Of a stretch of 64,000 bases of DNA, positions 13,817-27,500 are shown piece after piece. Source of the stretch: Paragordius varius (taxonomy: Eukaryota > Animalia > Nematomorpha); the NCBI GenBank assembly GCA_964247055.1, contig OZ176053.1, forward strand, positions 4,030,001 through 4,094,000, read 5' to 3'. The position numbers and the translations under genes were made by a program. Under the pieces are notes generated by a model. The model did no database searches and had not been told where the DNA came from. It saw only the letters and a program-made list of their open reading frames with translations. Numbering within the stretch: the first letter of the stretch is position 1; every line of letters starts with the position of its first letter.

Positions 13817-16703
13817 TTATAAAATGCGTTGGGCCACTTTAAACCCCCCATAACTCACACAAATTAATATGGTTGATATGAGTGCAATTTTTTTAATTTT
13901 CCGTTTAGTTGATGATTCCACAGGTATTCTGTTTGGATAAAAGAGTATATGAGGAAATAATCAAAATCAGAAAATGCATATTAATTATAACCATATTCTC
14001 GTTTTAAGAAACCTAAATATGTTTAGAAAAATTTACCACTCAATTTTTTGCTTCAGAGTATTGTTTTTAAATTTTAAATTCTTTTTAGTTGCATCAAAAA
14101 AATAATAATTTGTCAAAATTATATTGTATAATGGTAGTATTTTAATAAATTTTATAATTATTATTAAGTAGAAAAAAAATAGTTTTATTCAATATTCTCA
14201 ATATATCATATCCAAAAATATATTGTTATAATGAAAAAAAAGGCATACGTCATAAGCGGTGCGATATCTATGTTATTGGCCCATTGCTTCTCAATTCCAA
14301 TGGTGTGACCCATACCGACTATGCCAACAACCACTTTTGGAATGATCACTTTTATATATAATTTTAAAATAAATGAAAAAAATGTAAATTTTAGATCCAT
14401 TAATTTAATCTTGATTCTGTAACATATGAACAAATTTACCCTTGAACAATTAAAATTCACTCTTGAGCAATTCAAATACACTCTAAAAATAATCATGTGT
14501 TTGGCTGCTAATATAATTCATCAGTATTATGAAATATTTTTTATGGACTAATTTATTATTTTTTAGCATATGTTGATTTTAAACGAAATTTCATTTTTTT
14601 AATTAGTAAAAAAAATATAGGTACTTTTTAATATTCAAAACACATATTTATTTCAGGGTGAATTTGAGCTGGATATGGTATATTTTATAGTCTAAAAAAC
14701 AATAATTAAGTTTTACATAGGATACGCAAAAATTTCACACAAACACCGCGCATAGAAAAAATTATTAGCCACTTATTTAAAAATTAGTGATTTAAAGTTA
14801 TTCAGAAAAAACTGTTTATAAGGAGAATATATGAGCGTAATAATGCTACACAATGTAGATCAATCTTTTTGTTAAATCTATACACGGTGATTATAAGAAG
14901 CGGAGTGCTGTTAGTAGGTAAAAAATATTGATTTTATATGTGGTAATATTTTATATTAGCTTTTATTTATAACTAAACTTTTTACATATGTAATATATCA
15001 AATACTAGGAAGATTTGGTGTGTCAGGATTAGTTGATATTATGATTGGTCGAACGGCCTGTTTTAGTGAATGAGCTAAATAAGCATCTCGTTCATCCACA
15101 AACACTCGTCTGAGTTCGGGATATTCACCAGCCATAGATTCCAAAAATTCTTCCAACATATCTTTTTCCTTGTATTTTTCCACATCCTCTTTGCTAAAAA
15201 AAGGTATATGAGCATAGTTTAAAAACCTAAAACACAGGACCAATTTGTTTTCTAATCAAAAATTTTATAGGAATGTGAACATCAAGATTCATTAAAACTT
15301 TTTATAAAAAAATGAAACCGGAACTCAAAGCAAACAAGTATTACCTGTGCTTTTCAACATTATTATATGGGTAAAAACATTATATTAACGATAAAAATTG
15401 TATTACTTGATAGTTTCTTTGTTGAATAAAAGGCAGCATAAAAATTTAAATTTATTCCAGGCCGACAATGAAGATATAGCCCTTTTAAGTGTAATGTTAA
15501 TTGGTCGATCGCCCATAACCAAGAGACATCCAGGTATTTTTCTGGCCTAAACATATTAAATTACATATCCCAAAAGTATTTAAGAAAATGCCAAATTTTG
15601 CCTCTTACTAAAATATTTTAAACATTGTCTTGTTTATATATTTATATATCTAACATTGAATATATTGATATTACTTAAAAAAATAATTTAACATACTGTG
15701 AAACCGAGTTTAATAATAATTATTAACAAACTAATTAAAATTTTTTGCTCCAAATATTTTAATAATAAAAATATAAATTTATTACTTCCTTGTTGGCTAC
15801 TCTAAACTCTCCACCAGGTGCCATACCTAGCTGCTTAGTTATTTGAGCAGATATAGAAAGTAGCAAAATATGAACAATACCTTGAACAGTTCCATACTAT
15901 ACAGTAAAAAATGTATAGTTAATATAAAAAGCATGATCGTCGTAAAATAACGAAAAAATAATATTAAATTATTGGTTCTTAAATATATATCATAGGCATC
16001 ATCAGGAGACACAGTTAAGAAAATATATAAATACAACACAATAAAAATGACTATGGCGAAAATTTTAACGTTATTTTAGAATAATTTCCACATCGTTTAC
16101 TTTACAAACCATCGTCTTTACCCACTCAATAAAAAGTATAGTTTTTTGATCCTATTTTTTTAGCATAAGGTGCGATTAAACTTGTAAATAATAAAAATCT
16201 ATTTAAGCCTATATCTTATTTTACAACTATAATCATACAGATAATAGAGAAAAAATACGGATCAAAAATATTTATGTCCCTCTGAAAAATGTTTTGGCTA
16301 ACGTTTCTTACGATAAAATTTTAATTTTAACGACTGTTTTTAACTTATAGTAAAGATTGATACAATTTTATACTTGTTTCATTGAATGCTTGATAGATGA
16401 AAGATTAATATTTTGTGCTTCCCGCAATAAAGTTGTTTCATCCAGTTCCATGATGGAAGATCGGCTAGAACAAAGTTCAACTACGACAACATCCGGCTGA
16501 GTTGCATTAATTGTCTTTAAAAATTACATAAAAATATAATTTACATTAATAACATCTTCTTCGCTTGCTTTGCTGAAATGAGCTGTCCCAACTAAATAAA
16601 CAATGCCACCATCATTCGTGGTAAGTTTGGTAACAGTTTTAGGCAATAAAGGATTCGCTAATCTATTTTGGCTTCGAATAATCCATTGTGAATAATCAAA
16701 CAT
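13817..16703 (-). CDS. TRABD: TraB domain-containing protein (pheromone shutdown/TRABD-like), 7 exons, about 316 aa, C-terminal tail anchor
   Basis: Exons (minus): 16703-16545, 16514-16374, 15896-15786, 15546-15407, 15193-15006, 14348-14249, 13928-13817 (951 nt, in frame). Motifs: VYLVGTAHFS, PDVVVVELC, LGMAPGGEFR, GDRPINITLKRA, VDERDAYL, VVVGIVGMGH, and a hydrophobic C-terminus IALISTILICVSYGG. The start codon is uncertain (a possible extra exon starts at ATG 16791). Confidence 0.92.
14397..14678. mobile_element. MITE family A, degenerate copy (TRABD intron)
   Basis: Decayed TTGAACAATTCAAATTCACCC units on the left, AGGGTGAATTTGA...ATGG|TA on the right. The core resembles the other family A copies. 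Confidence 0.65.
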
Positions 16704-16810
16704 AATAGTCAAATATTTAAAAGCTTGTAGTTTTACGATTTTTTTGTCCTTGTTAAAAATTCATTTTTTAGTTAGGTTCTACTATATCCATGTGGTAGTA
16801 GTAAAAAAAT
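16704..16810. promoter_or_regulatory. Putative bidirectional promoter shared by TRABD and MDN1
   Basis: The divergent start codons at 16703 (-) and 16811 (+) are separated by 107 bp. No room exists for two independent promoters unless the 5' UTRs overlap. Confidence 0.6.
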
Positions 16811-17680
16811 ATGCAAGAAAATCAAATTGTATAATTCTTATCATAATTTTTTAGGAAATGAAAAAATTGTTTGGAAATAATAAATTTTTGATTAATTTTT
16901 GCTCGGATGACACGAATTTTTATAGTTGTAACCACGAATCCAAACCTATTGTTATAAATGTTGGTCATCATTTAGAATTTAAGGTAATAATTGTTAAAAT
17001 TCCGTATAGAGCCTGATTGGTGACTATCATTTAACTGATATACCTGGCCAATTTATATGGAAAGCGGGAGATTTATTTGATGTAAATTTTTTTTGATTTT
17101 TAGGCTATAATACAAGGAAAAACCGTCATACTCAAAAACTTGGAAAATGGAAATTTGGATTTTTTACTTTCATTATATGCCCTTATCAAAGAGAAAACAA
17201 TCTATATTACTCCATTTAAAAGAAAATTCGAATTTAATCCTGAATTTCGGTTATCATGCCAAATAAATAGGTTCAATAAATTAAATTTATATATAGTAAA
17301 GACAAAAAATTTTGTTTCTCCTTTTTGAGTCGATCGATGGATTTATCAAAATATTTCTTGGTAAACTTTATGGAACAACCTACCAGATTTGAACTACAAT
17401 CGGTATTTTATTCGCTTATTCATAAACAATATAATATATATGTTAGAAAATTTTGTTTTTTAAATTTATAGTGTATAAAAGGGGTTAGGTTTATAAATTA
17501 TTTCCAAATAGTATGCATTTTCACCGTTTATGAATGCACATGTGACCACCAATAAAAATCCTTTAAACAATATAACATTTACCATATACAAATTTAATTA
17601 ATTTTAATTGATGTTATCTATATTATTAAAGAATATTAACGACGATTTGAACGGTTAACTTCATTTCGTTTGGTTTATAT

Positions 17681-17720
<40 letters not shown>

Positions 17721-20700
17721 ATATATATATTTATATATCTGTTTCTGATTATAAATAAATTTAAAGTGTAATTTAATTTTTATGTAAATACTATTCACAT
17801 TTCTTACAATGAAAATGATGATTGTGTATGGCCAATTATTGCATAATTGGTTATTATTTTTAATTGCCAAAAAAACCAACCCTATATGCCGTGTATTTTA
17901 AGCATTTCGATATCATTGAGGTATGCTAATTCTTGTATATGTGGTCAGCGGTTTCTATTTGTTTTTATAAAAATGTTATTTGTTCTAATCCATTATGGTA
18001 GATTATATCCACATGTATTTTAGCATTCTGCTTTCTGTTTTTTTCAGTCTTGATTTTAGTGATTTTGTGATAAATTTTGCTGTAGTATGTATTTGATTTA
18101 TACGGTTATGTCCATATGTATAAATACATATTTGAGTTGGTTAAATTTTGTCCTGCCCAATTTGATTCTAATAATTATTTACAATTTATATATATTATTT
18201 AGACCTTTATTTTTGTGTCTTTATAGTGGATTCGATACCTCAATTATTGATGTTTATTTAATTTGAATGATATAGTTGATAAGGCTAAACTTGTATTTTT
18301 TTGAACAAAATCATATTATTTAATCTATTTTAACTCCTTAAATTTAATAACTTTACTCAATTTAGATACATTTTAATATTTACTTGTCATATATATACCA
18401 TTTACAATTCAATTTTACCCTTAAATAATTCAAATTCACCCTTGAACAATTCAAATTCACCCTTGAACAATTCGAATTCACCCTCGAACAATTCAAATTC
18501 ACCCTCAAATAAAATATTGTTTTTTAAGATTAAAAATTACCTATATTTTATATATTATTAAAAAATAAAAATTTTGTAAATTAAAATATTACTGAAAAAA
18601 TATTAAACTATACCATAAACATATATTTCATATTAATAATGAGTTATATTAGTTCAAAAACACATAATTTATTTTTAGGGTGAATTTGAATTGTTCAAAG
18701 GTGAATTTGAATTGTTTTGAATTGTTCAAGGGTGAATTTGAATTGTTGGAGGGTAAATTTGAATTGTTTAACGGTGAATTTGAACTGTAAATGGTATATT
18801 ATATAAATTTGGTTGATAGTAGTTTTTACAGTCCCATCAAAATATCTATCCATTTTTCAATTAATTTTTGATCATAGAAATGTGTTAATCAATTCAAATT
18901 TATCAGTCCGCTTCTTTTGGAATGTTGTTTAGATATCTTTTTCCGTGCGATGGAGTTACACTCAACTATAAATACGCAGATCCATCACCAGAGTTATTAT
19001 CAATCATCCAAGTATAATAGACGATTACTTAAAATTAATCAAATTAATAAAATCTATTTTCATCTTAATCCCTTTTAGATATATTAATACAGTAAAATAC
19101 GATGGCAAAACATTTTGTATTATAAATTATTTTTTATGAGAAAACCTTTTTTAATCCTTATAAATAACACATACAAATGCATGTATGAAATATAAAATTA
19201 ATTGTATATTTTGCAACACAGAAGTTTAGATTAAAAAGGTTTAAGCATCTAACAATATGTTATTTCCCATATATAGAATTTTTTTACTTTTTATGGTCTG
19301 TTATAATTTTAATGTTTACTGTAATATTATATTTCACAGGCTGTTGTTTAAATTTTGCCAACGTATTGATATGCAAAATTTCTTTAAAACGAGACACAAT
19401 GGAAACCTTTTGAATCCTAACCCTGAAATTGATAGCATTACCATATTTTTGAATGCATTTGACACGTTTGTCGGACATATTCGATGTAATGATATGCGCC
19501 TACAATGGGCCATAACTTTGGGGGAACGTTTAAATTTGGATAAAGCGACGGTATAGAATAATTTTTACTATACATCAATAAAATATACCATTTAACAATT
19601 TAAACTCTAAAATAAATCGAGTGTTTTTTAGATTAAAAATTATTTATATTTTTTTATATTTTTAAACAATTAAATTTTGTTTAAAATTAAATAATACTGA
19701 AAAAATAATAAACTATGCTATAAAGATATATTTCATATTAATGATGAGTTACATTAGCCCGAAAACATATAATTTATTTTTAGGGTGAATTTGAATTGTC
19801 TGGGGGAGAATTTGAATTGTGATATATAAATCACTTTTTAACTATTAATGATTAATACTAAAATCTTTTCTAAATTATTTTTATGGTATAATGTACTATT
19901 CTTATGATTTATATTGTATATTTAGTTTATGAGTGATTTTTAAAATGTGAAAAGGTTTGATTGTTTTCATTTTATGGTTCAAAATTTCCGGAGGTTAGAC
20001 TATTTTGTTGTAAAAAAAATAATTGATTAAATTTTTTTCGTTTCCCTAAATTACAGTTAGTTATTATTTAGTTAAATATGAATGTATTAACATAACTTTG
20101 TATGCTTCATAAATTTTTACTCAAAATAAATATAACTTTGTGCTACTTAATTAAAACGGCAAATCCATCGCCTGGTTATATATCTATACCATTAATTTTT
20201 TTTTAATATTAACTCGTATATAGGTAGAACGGTTTGTTGTTAGTTATAAACCCGTATTGGTTTGGAAGAAAAATGGTGTAGTCATCGATAATGGTACCGG
20301 AGATGTATCATTCTACCCATATCAATATATGTGCAATTATTTCTTACCTTTTAACGATTTAAATGGCGAAAATAAGGATAATTGTATTAATGTTAATAAC
20401 GAACTTACCTTTTCTGAAAATATGATGGATGTCGATAAGATTGACGACACTTTACCAGAATTAACTGCGGATTTATTAGATCCATCTAGCGATACGAAAC
20501 GCAATAAACGCAAAAAACGTAGAAAAATGGCATCGACGATGACCACAACCAAAAACTTTTGTTTAACGAAACAAGCTTCACAAGTTATCAGGTAAGAATA
20601 TAGTGGGTTTACCTCATTATGAACCCATTTGTATAAGAAAAATACATGCCCTTATCATTAAGCCTCCAAATAATACAATGCAAAATTTATTTTTGTTTTT

Positions 20701-21470
20701 TATGGCGAGCTTAATATTATTTTTACAGATATTAAGGTAAAAATATATAATATTATTACATACCCTTAAATACGTAACTTAACAGTTGTATTTAAAAAAT
20801 AAAACCTCTCCTGAAACCTAATTAATTTCTAATTTTTTATATTAAACAAAAGTTCATTATGAGCGGGGTTAACAAATTAGTTTGCGATATTTATATTTCT
20901 AAAAAATTATTTTATATATTTAGATGTGTACTTACGGCTATAGTCATGAAGGAACCCATTTTATTGGTAGGAGAAACGGGAGTTGGTAAAACTAGTTTGG
21001 TTCAATATCTGCATCAAACTTTTATAAATCACTTTGAAGAACTAAAACATCCCCATAATGATAATACTTTACCGTTAATACAATATAAAAACTCAAAAAA
21101 TTTGCCTGAATTACTGATCATTAATTTAAGCAATCAAACTGAGATTGAAGAACTGTATGGAAGTTATAAACCTAAAACCGTTGTGCAAAGTAAATTATAT
21201 TATAAAAATTTGGATATAAGTTTGCAAATATGGTCAATTATACCTATTAAACCAAAATTGTATATGATAAAATTTTTCAATTTTTTAAAGTTTAATATAA
21301 TTTTAATTAGTTTCAAATGTTATATTTGCCATTTTGTCATTTTTACGTTTATTTTAATAAATCTTTCCATATATAAACATAACAAAACGAATCTTGAATA
21401 ATTTTACAAAATTTTAAATAATTAAAACTTATCGCCCTCATATAGTTTGTGTTTCTTTTTTGAATTTTAG

Positions 21471-21512
<42 letters not shown>

Positions 21513-24500
21513 CATGTTATTGGTATAAAATTTTTATTCAACAACAATATAGGTGATTCAAATGATTATTATATTAAATTGCTGTTGGCACCACATTGTG
21601 TGGAACGGTTTGAGGAGCTCTTTAACATGACTTATTCATCCGATAAAAATCGTGAGTTTTTACGACACTTCCGAAAAATAATTGTGGCTTGTCGGCAAAA
21701 AGGTTAGAATAATCTTATTTATAGACATAAAATATTTTTATCAAAAAATTGGAATCAGTATAGATTTCTTTTAAAATGATTCAATATTTAATTTTATTAA
21801 CCTATACATATATAGAGAAATCGCAAGATATATCACATGACCATAGCAATCAAAATTCGTGGAATAATGCATATGCCATTATGGAATTTGTTGCTCATAA
21901 AGCGATAACACAAGATTCAAAGTCCCAAGGTAAGGGTATATTTTAAAAATGATCCATAATATATGAATATTTTATTTTAAATATCAATTATAACTTAAAA
22001 TTTTGGAAAATTGGAATTTTTATCTTTTATAATTCTGCAAAAAATCTTGTTAAAATCACTTTTTTATACCAATCACAGTTAATATAGCACATTATTAAGA
22101 GTTAAAATTGATTATTTCTTGTGTACCAAACTCTTTTTTAAATATTCAGTATTCTTTCTAAATTTTGTTCATTTTTTCCTCATATTTTTCTGGAGAAAAA
22201 TTCTGTAAATGATTTTTTTTCATTATTAGACGAAACTATTGCTAGTAATAACCCAAAAATTATGGACTCAAATTTGGCAAATGAATGGAAAAGTTTTTAT
22301 TACCGATTAATTCGGATGAAAAATTATATTGACAGCGTGGTGAATGGTCATATTGGTGTGAAAACCGAGCATCTAACCATTTTTGTATATGTTGAGGTAA
22401 ATTTTAAATGCTTATCCTTTGATATATGGGCATTATATTTTTTCTATAATCTCAATCAGATTTGTGTTTATACTACTTTGTTTAAACACTGAATTAACAC
22501 GTTCATAGATTTTCTTATTAATAAAATAAATCTCTCGTCTATTCTAAACCAATATTTTTTGGACAATATCGTAGTTCTAATTTTTAGATATTTTTTTCCT
22601 CATTTAACAAGTTAGCAAGCGTATTAGGTAACTAATATTAGCTATTTATATTTTAATTAACGCTGTTTTTTTCGAGCAGGTAAAAATGGAAAAATATTGT
22701 TTTTAAGTCCAACAGCATGTAAACGAAGTTTTTTTGTCTAAGTTCAACGGTTTAGTATTATTTTTATTAACAATATATAAGCGCATTTTTTAGAATTGTA
22801 AGCCACAAAAAAGCTTATGGATTGATTAAAAATATATTGATAATAATTTATATTTGTAACTGCATACTTATGTTTGAAATGATGCGTCAAATAACTCCCA
22901 AATTATAACACATAAATTTAAATTTTTTTTTCAAAATATTTAACATCAGGTTTAAGTTCAAAAAATTTAAATGTTTTAATTATTCTAGGTTTTATAAAAC
23001 ATGAATGTATTGATACATTGTATATTCTCTACACATTTTAGGGTATTATGATGCGTGCAATGCGAAACGGCGATTGGATTTTATTGGACGAAATCAATTT
23101 AGCTTCGCAGGAAGTTATTGATTTCTTACTCACGCTTTTATATGAAATGACTAAATTTAATACAACAGATGATGGCAGTAATAATTATAATAATGTATCA
23201 TTACAATCAACAAACAACTTTAATAATAAAAATAATATCTTTATACACCCCAATTTTCGGTTATTTGCATGTATGAATCCACCCACAAAATATGAACAAC
23301 AAAAAAATGAATTAGACACTAAAATACGATCAATGTTTACAGAGGTAATATAATAAGGCTCAGTTTTAATATTTTTGGCCAAATATTATGTCAATATATA
23401 TATATATATATATATATATTTAAAAAGGGTTTTTTTTCGCCCAGTTTACAAAAATTTACGCTAATATAATCGTTCGTTCTGGGAGTTTATATTTTAATTT
23501 TATTTTTACGTTTGACAAAGATTACTTGTAGTAATCGAAATATTATATTATAATAAATTATATAATTTTTGCTGATTGATTCCATATATAATAATACTAT
23601 CATTTTTATTTTATAAGTTTGGTACAAAAATTAGAATAATAAATGGCTTCTTCTTTCTTTATCACAAACGAGTTTTCGTCTTTTTAGTTTAATTAACCCA
23701 TATTATGATATACCATTTACAGTTCAAATTTACCCTTGAACAATTCAAATTCACCCTCGAACAATTCAACCCTTGAACAATTCAAATTCACCTTTGAACA
23801 ATTCAAACCTAAAAATAAATTATGTATTTTCGAACTAATATAACTCCTTATTAATATTAAATATATCTTTATGTTATAGATTATTATTTTTTCAGTATTA
23901 TTTTAATTTAAAAATTCTTATTTTTTTAAAAAAATATAAAAATATTGGTAATTTTTAATCTTAAAAAACATATATTTTATTTGAGGGTGAATTTGAATAG
24001 TTCGAGGGTGAATTTGAATTGTTTAAGGGTGAATTTGAATTGTTCAAGGGTGAATTTGAATTGTTTAAGGGTGAAATTGAATTGTAAATGGTATATATAT
24101 TAAACACCTTTTTACAAATGCAATTAAACAAAAAATATAAATATTATGGTTATAACAAATTATTTTATGTAATTACACCTTTTTCAATTCCATTAGTCAT
24201 TATGTTATAAACCTAAGAATTTCAGGATCATCTGTAAAAGTTTTTAACAATAATTATGTGCATAATTGGATTGAGCTTGAGGTTTTATGCATTTCATGCA
24301 TTTATTTTTTAATCTTTTAAGAAATAAAATATGAATAATTAAAGGTGAGAAATATATGTGACATTTTTGGAATCACTTATCTTTAAATACTATAGAAATA
24401 ACATAATTATTAATTTATTTGATTTTATGTTTTACCTAGATATATATTCCTGAAATTGAAGATCGTAATGATTTGAGGCTCATTGTCAATTCTTACTTGA

Positions 24501-27500
24501 AAAAGGGTAAGATTTATTATAAATCACTTAAAAATGTCAATAGACTCACATTATTTATTTTTAATATTTGAATAAAATTTTATTTAAAATAGAATCCGAT
24601 ACCACAAATCATGTACCCAATAACATAATTGAAAATATAATTTCGTTTTATTTGCACACTCGTCGACAAACTTTTGCTAATATGTTTGAGGGGCAAAAAG
24701 TTACCCAAAAATCTGGAATTAGTGATTCTTTATATGAACACAGTCCTGTTTATAGCTTGCGATCTTTGTGCCGTGCTTTGCAATTAATTGGCTCATCTAA
24801 TTATTTTAATATGGCCGATCAAAATTTAAATTCTGCGTCACAAATAAAGAAGGCTAAATCTAGTCTGTATAAACGGATTTATACTGTAAGTGTTTTTTTT
24901 TGTTTTAAATTTATAATAATAAATAATATAATATAGTTTTTGACTTTTTTAGCGAAAAATAAATCTATATTCATATTTAATTACAAAATCTTTTAAAGCA
25001 TTAATATAAAATAGAAAACGAGAATTTATGTATCATGATGTTTGTTTTATAATATATAAATTATCAATATTTGTTTATATGAGATTAATATTATTTACGT
25101 TTTTTTGCGCATAGGCCTTTCTGACTATTTTCTCATCTGAATTGGCGATTGATCATCATAAAATGTTGCACAACTTAATCCTTAGACAAATATTTGACGG
25201 TTGTCAAGATCAGGACATAGCTAGTTTTTGCAAACCAAAATGCATAAATATTGAAAATATTTTATCGCCCTCAAAAATGATATCTACTAATAACGCTTCA
25301 AGTAAAAATATATTCAATATTGGAGTTTTAATTTAACATTGGAGTTGAATTTTTTATTTATGCAAACCATCCTTAATTTTATAAAATATATATTATAACT
25401 TATGATATATTTGGCTAATGAATTTTCAATTAATATTTAGTTTTTAATATTTTACAATATTTGATATATATCTACGGATATAATTTACAAAATTGAAAGC
25501 ATAAAATAATATTATATATTTTTGATCGCCACTGTGAGTGTTCCAAAATATTCATAAACAAGTAAATTTAGGTGAAGGTATCGCTAACCTATAACGATTC
25601 TACAAAAAGGATAAAATTGATTGATGATCAACATAAGCAAATTAGCTTATAGGTGCAATTTTTTGAAAAGCCTTATTGTTAATGTAAGATTTACATCATA
25701 CATTAAAAATATTTTTTTTGTAGAATATGTTTGGATTGGAGAATACCCTTTGTTAAAGGGTGATGACTCTACGCAAAAATTTGATGACAGTTTTGTATTC
25801 ACATCATCCGTAACGCACTACCTAATGTCAATCGCACGGATTTTGCAATATCAGTATTCTCTTTTTGAAATTAATATTATTGTTTAAGATATTAATGTTT
25901 TTATATATTAAAATAATAAATATTTAATTAATATGTTTTTTTGGGGGTGATGCTATCAAATTTATTTCTTAATCAATTTTGTTAATTAACACAATTTTCT
26001 ATTCTTGGGCAAGAGATCTTTGCGTTATTTCGCAATATCAAATTTATATTTATAAAAGTGATGTTTTTTGGAATATGATTGTTTTTTTTTAATTATTTAA
26101 AAAATATTGATTTAATATATTTTATATTTTTTAATTTATTTCTCAAATGAATATATTTTTTAATTTATTTCTCAAATGAATTTTGTTTGAATTTTCGTTA
26201 GGCGTTTTCCTATTCTTTTGCAAGGGCCAACTTCGGTGGGCAAAACATCACTGATACAATGGCTAGCAAAATATTTATGTATTCCGTGTACACGAATTAA
26301 CAATCACGATTATACAGAAATATCGGATTACATTGGCAAATATCAGTATGATGCGGCGACGGAAAAATTTTATTTTCAACCAGGTTGGTTACATGTTTTA
26401 TTTTGTACTGGAAACAATTTTGATTTGTTTATAGAGGTCTTGTCTTTTTGACACAATTATAATAATTTGGATATGATTGTTTTGAATATTTAATAATTGG
26501 CATTTATTAATACTATTAATAGTAGGGATTTATTACCGCAAATGTAGCTATATGTTGTAAATATTTAATATAATTCATGGACAATTCATTTTTTTTTCAA
26601 AAAAATTTATATTTCAATCACATAAAACTTAGTATATATACCATTTTTTAAGTTAAACATTAGTTATAAATTTTAACTGATTTTTTTTTTAAAAATTACG
26701 GAGTTATAACGGGTCAAATTAAGTTTAAATTTATCAAAAATATATTATCTTTTAAAACCGAAATATTTATCTCGCATTTTTAAATAAAGGTCCATTGATT
26801 TACGCCATGTGTCATGGTCATTGGATAATTTTGGATGAATTAAATTTGGCACCCAGTGAAGTGCTGGAAGCACTGAATAGAGTTTTAGATGATAATCGCG
26901 AACTTAATCTGTCAGAATTTGCAGAATTTTTTGGTGAAAATGATGTGCACAACAAATTATTAACTCATAACGGAATGTTAAAGGGTATATATTTATAATA
27001 TGTTTGATATTGTTTTTATATAAAATATATAAGATTTCTTGATATTTAATGAAAATAAACAAAGTAAAAAAATATTATAAAGTGATCCAAATGATTTGTC
27101 ATTAGTATTCACAAAAGCTTTGTGTTTACTAGCCTTAATCAGTACGAAACACTATTTGTTTTAAAGTTTTCACACATCAACTTTGTATATACCTCGAATC
27201 TTTTAATTAGGTATAAATACAGCTATTACTAGGTAAAATTTAATAATATTGAAAAAAAAGTATTTTTACCATATATTGAATATATTTAATTTTTATTTTT
27301 TCAATATTTCTATAGCTCATCCACGTTTTACATTGTTTGCTACGCAAAACCCTCATGGTTCCTTATATTCTGGGCGCAAAGTATTAAGTCGCGCTTTTCG
27401 TAATCGTTTTATCCAAATCAATTTTTCATCCTTGCCCTACGATGAAATTAAAGTACAATTTCGTTTAAAATTTTATTATTATGGAATAAATTTTAAAAGT

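Noticed and set aside
18398-18510. 21-bp tandem repeats as a CRISPR array or as heat-shock elements
   Set aside because: The units are contiguous with no unique spacers, sit in inverted arms with TA duplications, and occur in a eukaryote with no cas genes. GAA-CAA-TTC has a 3-nt spacer rather than the 2 nt of a canonical HSE.
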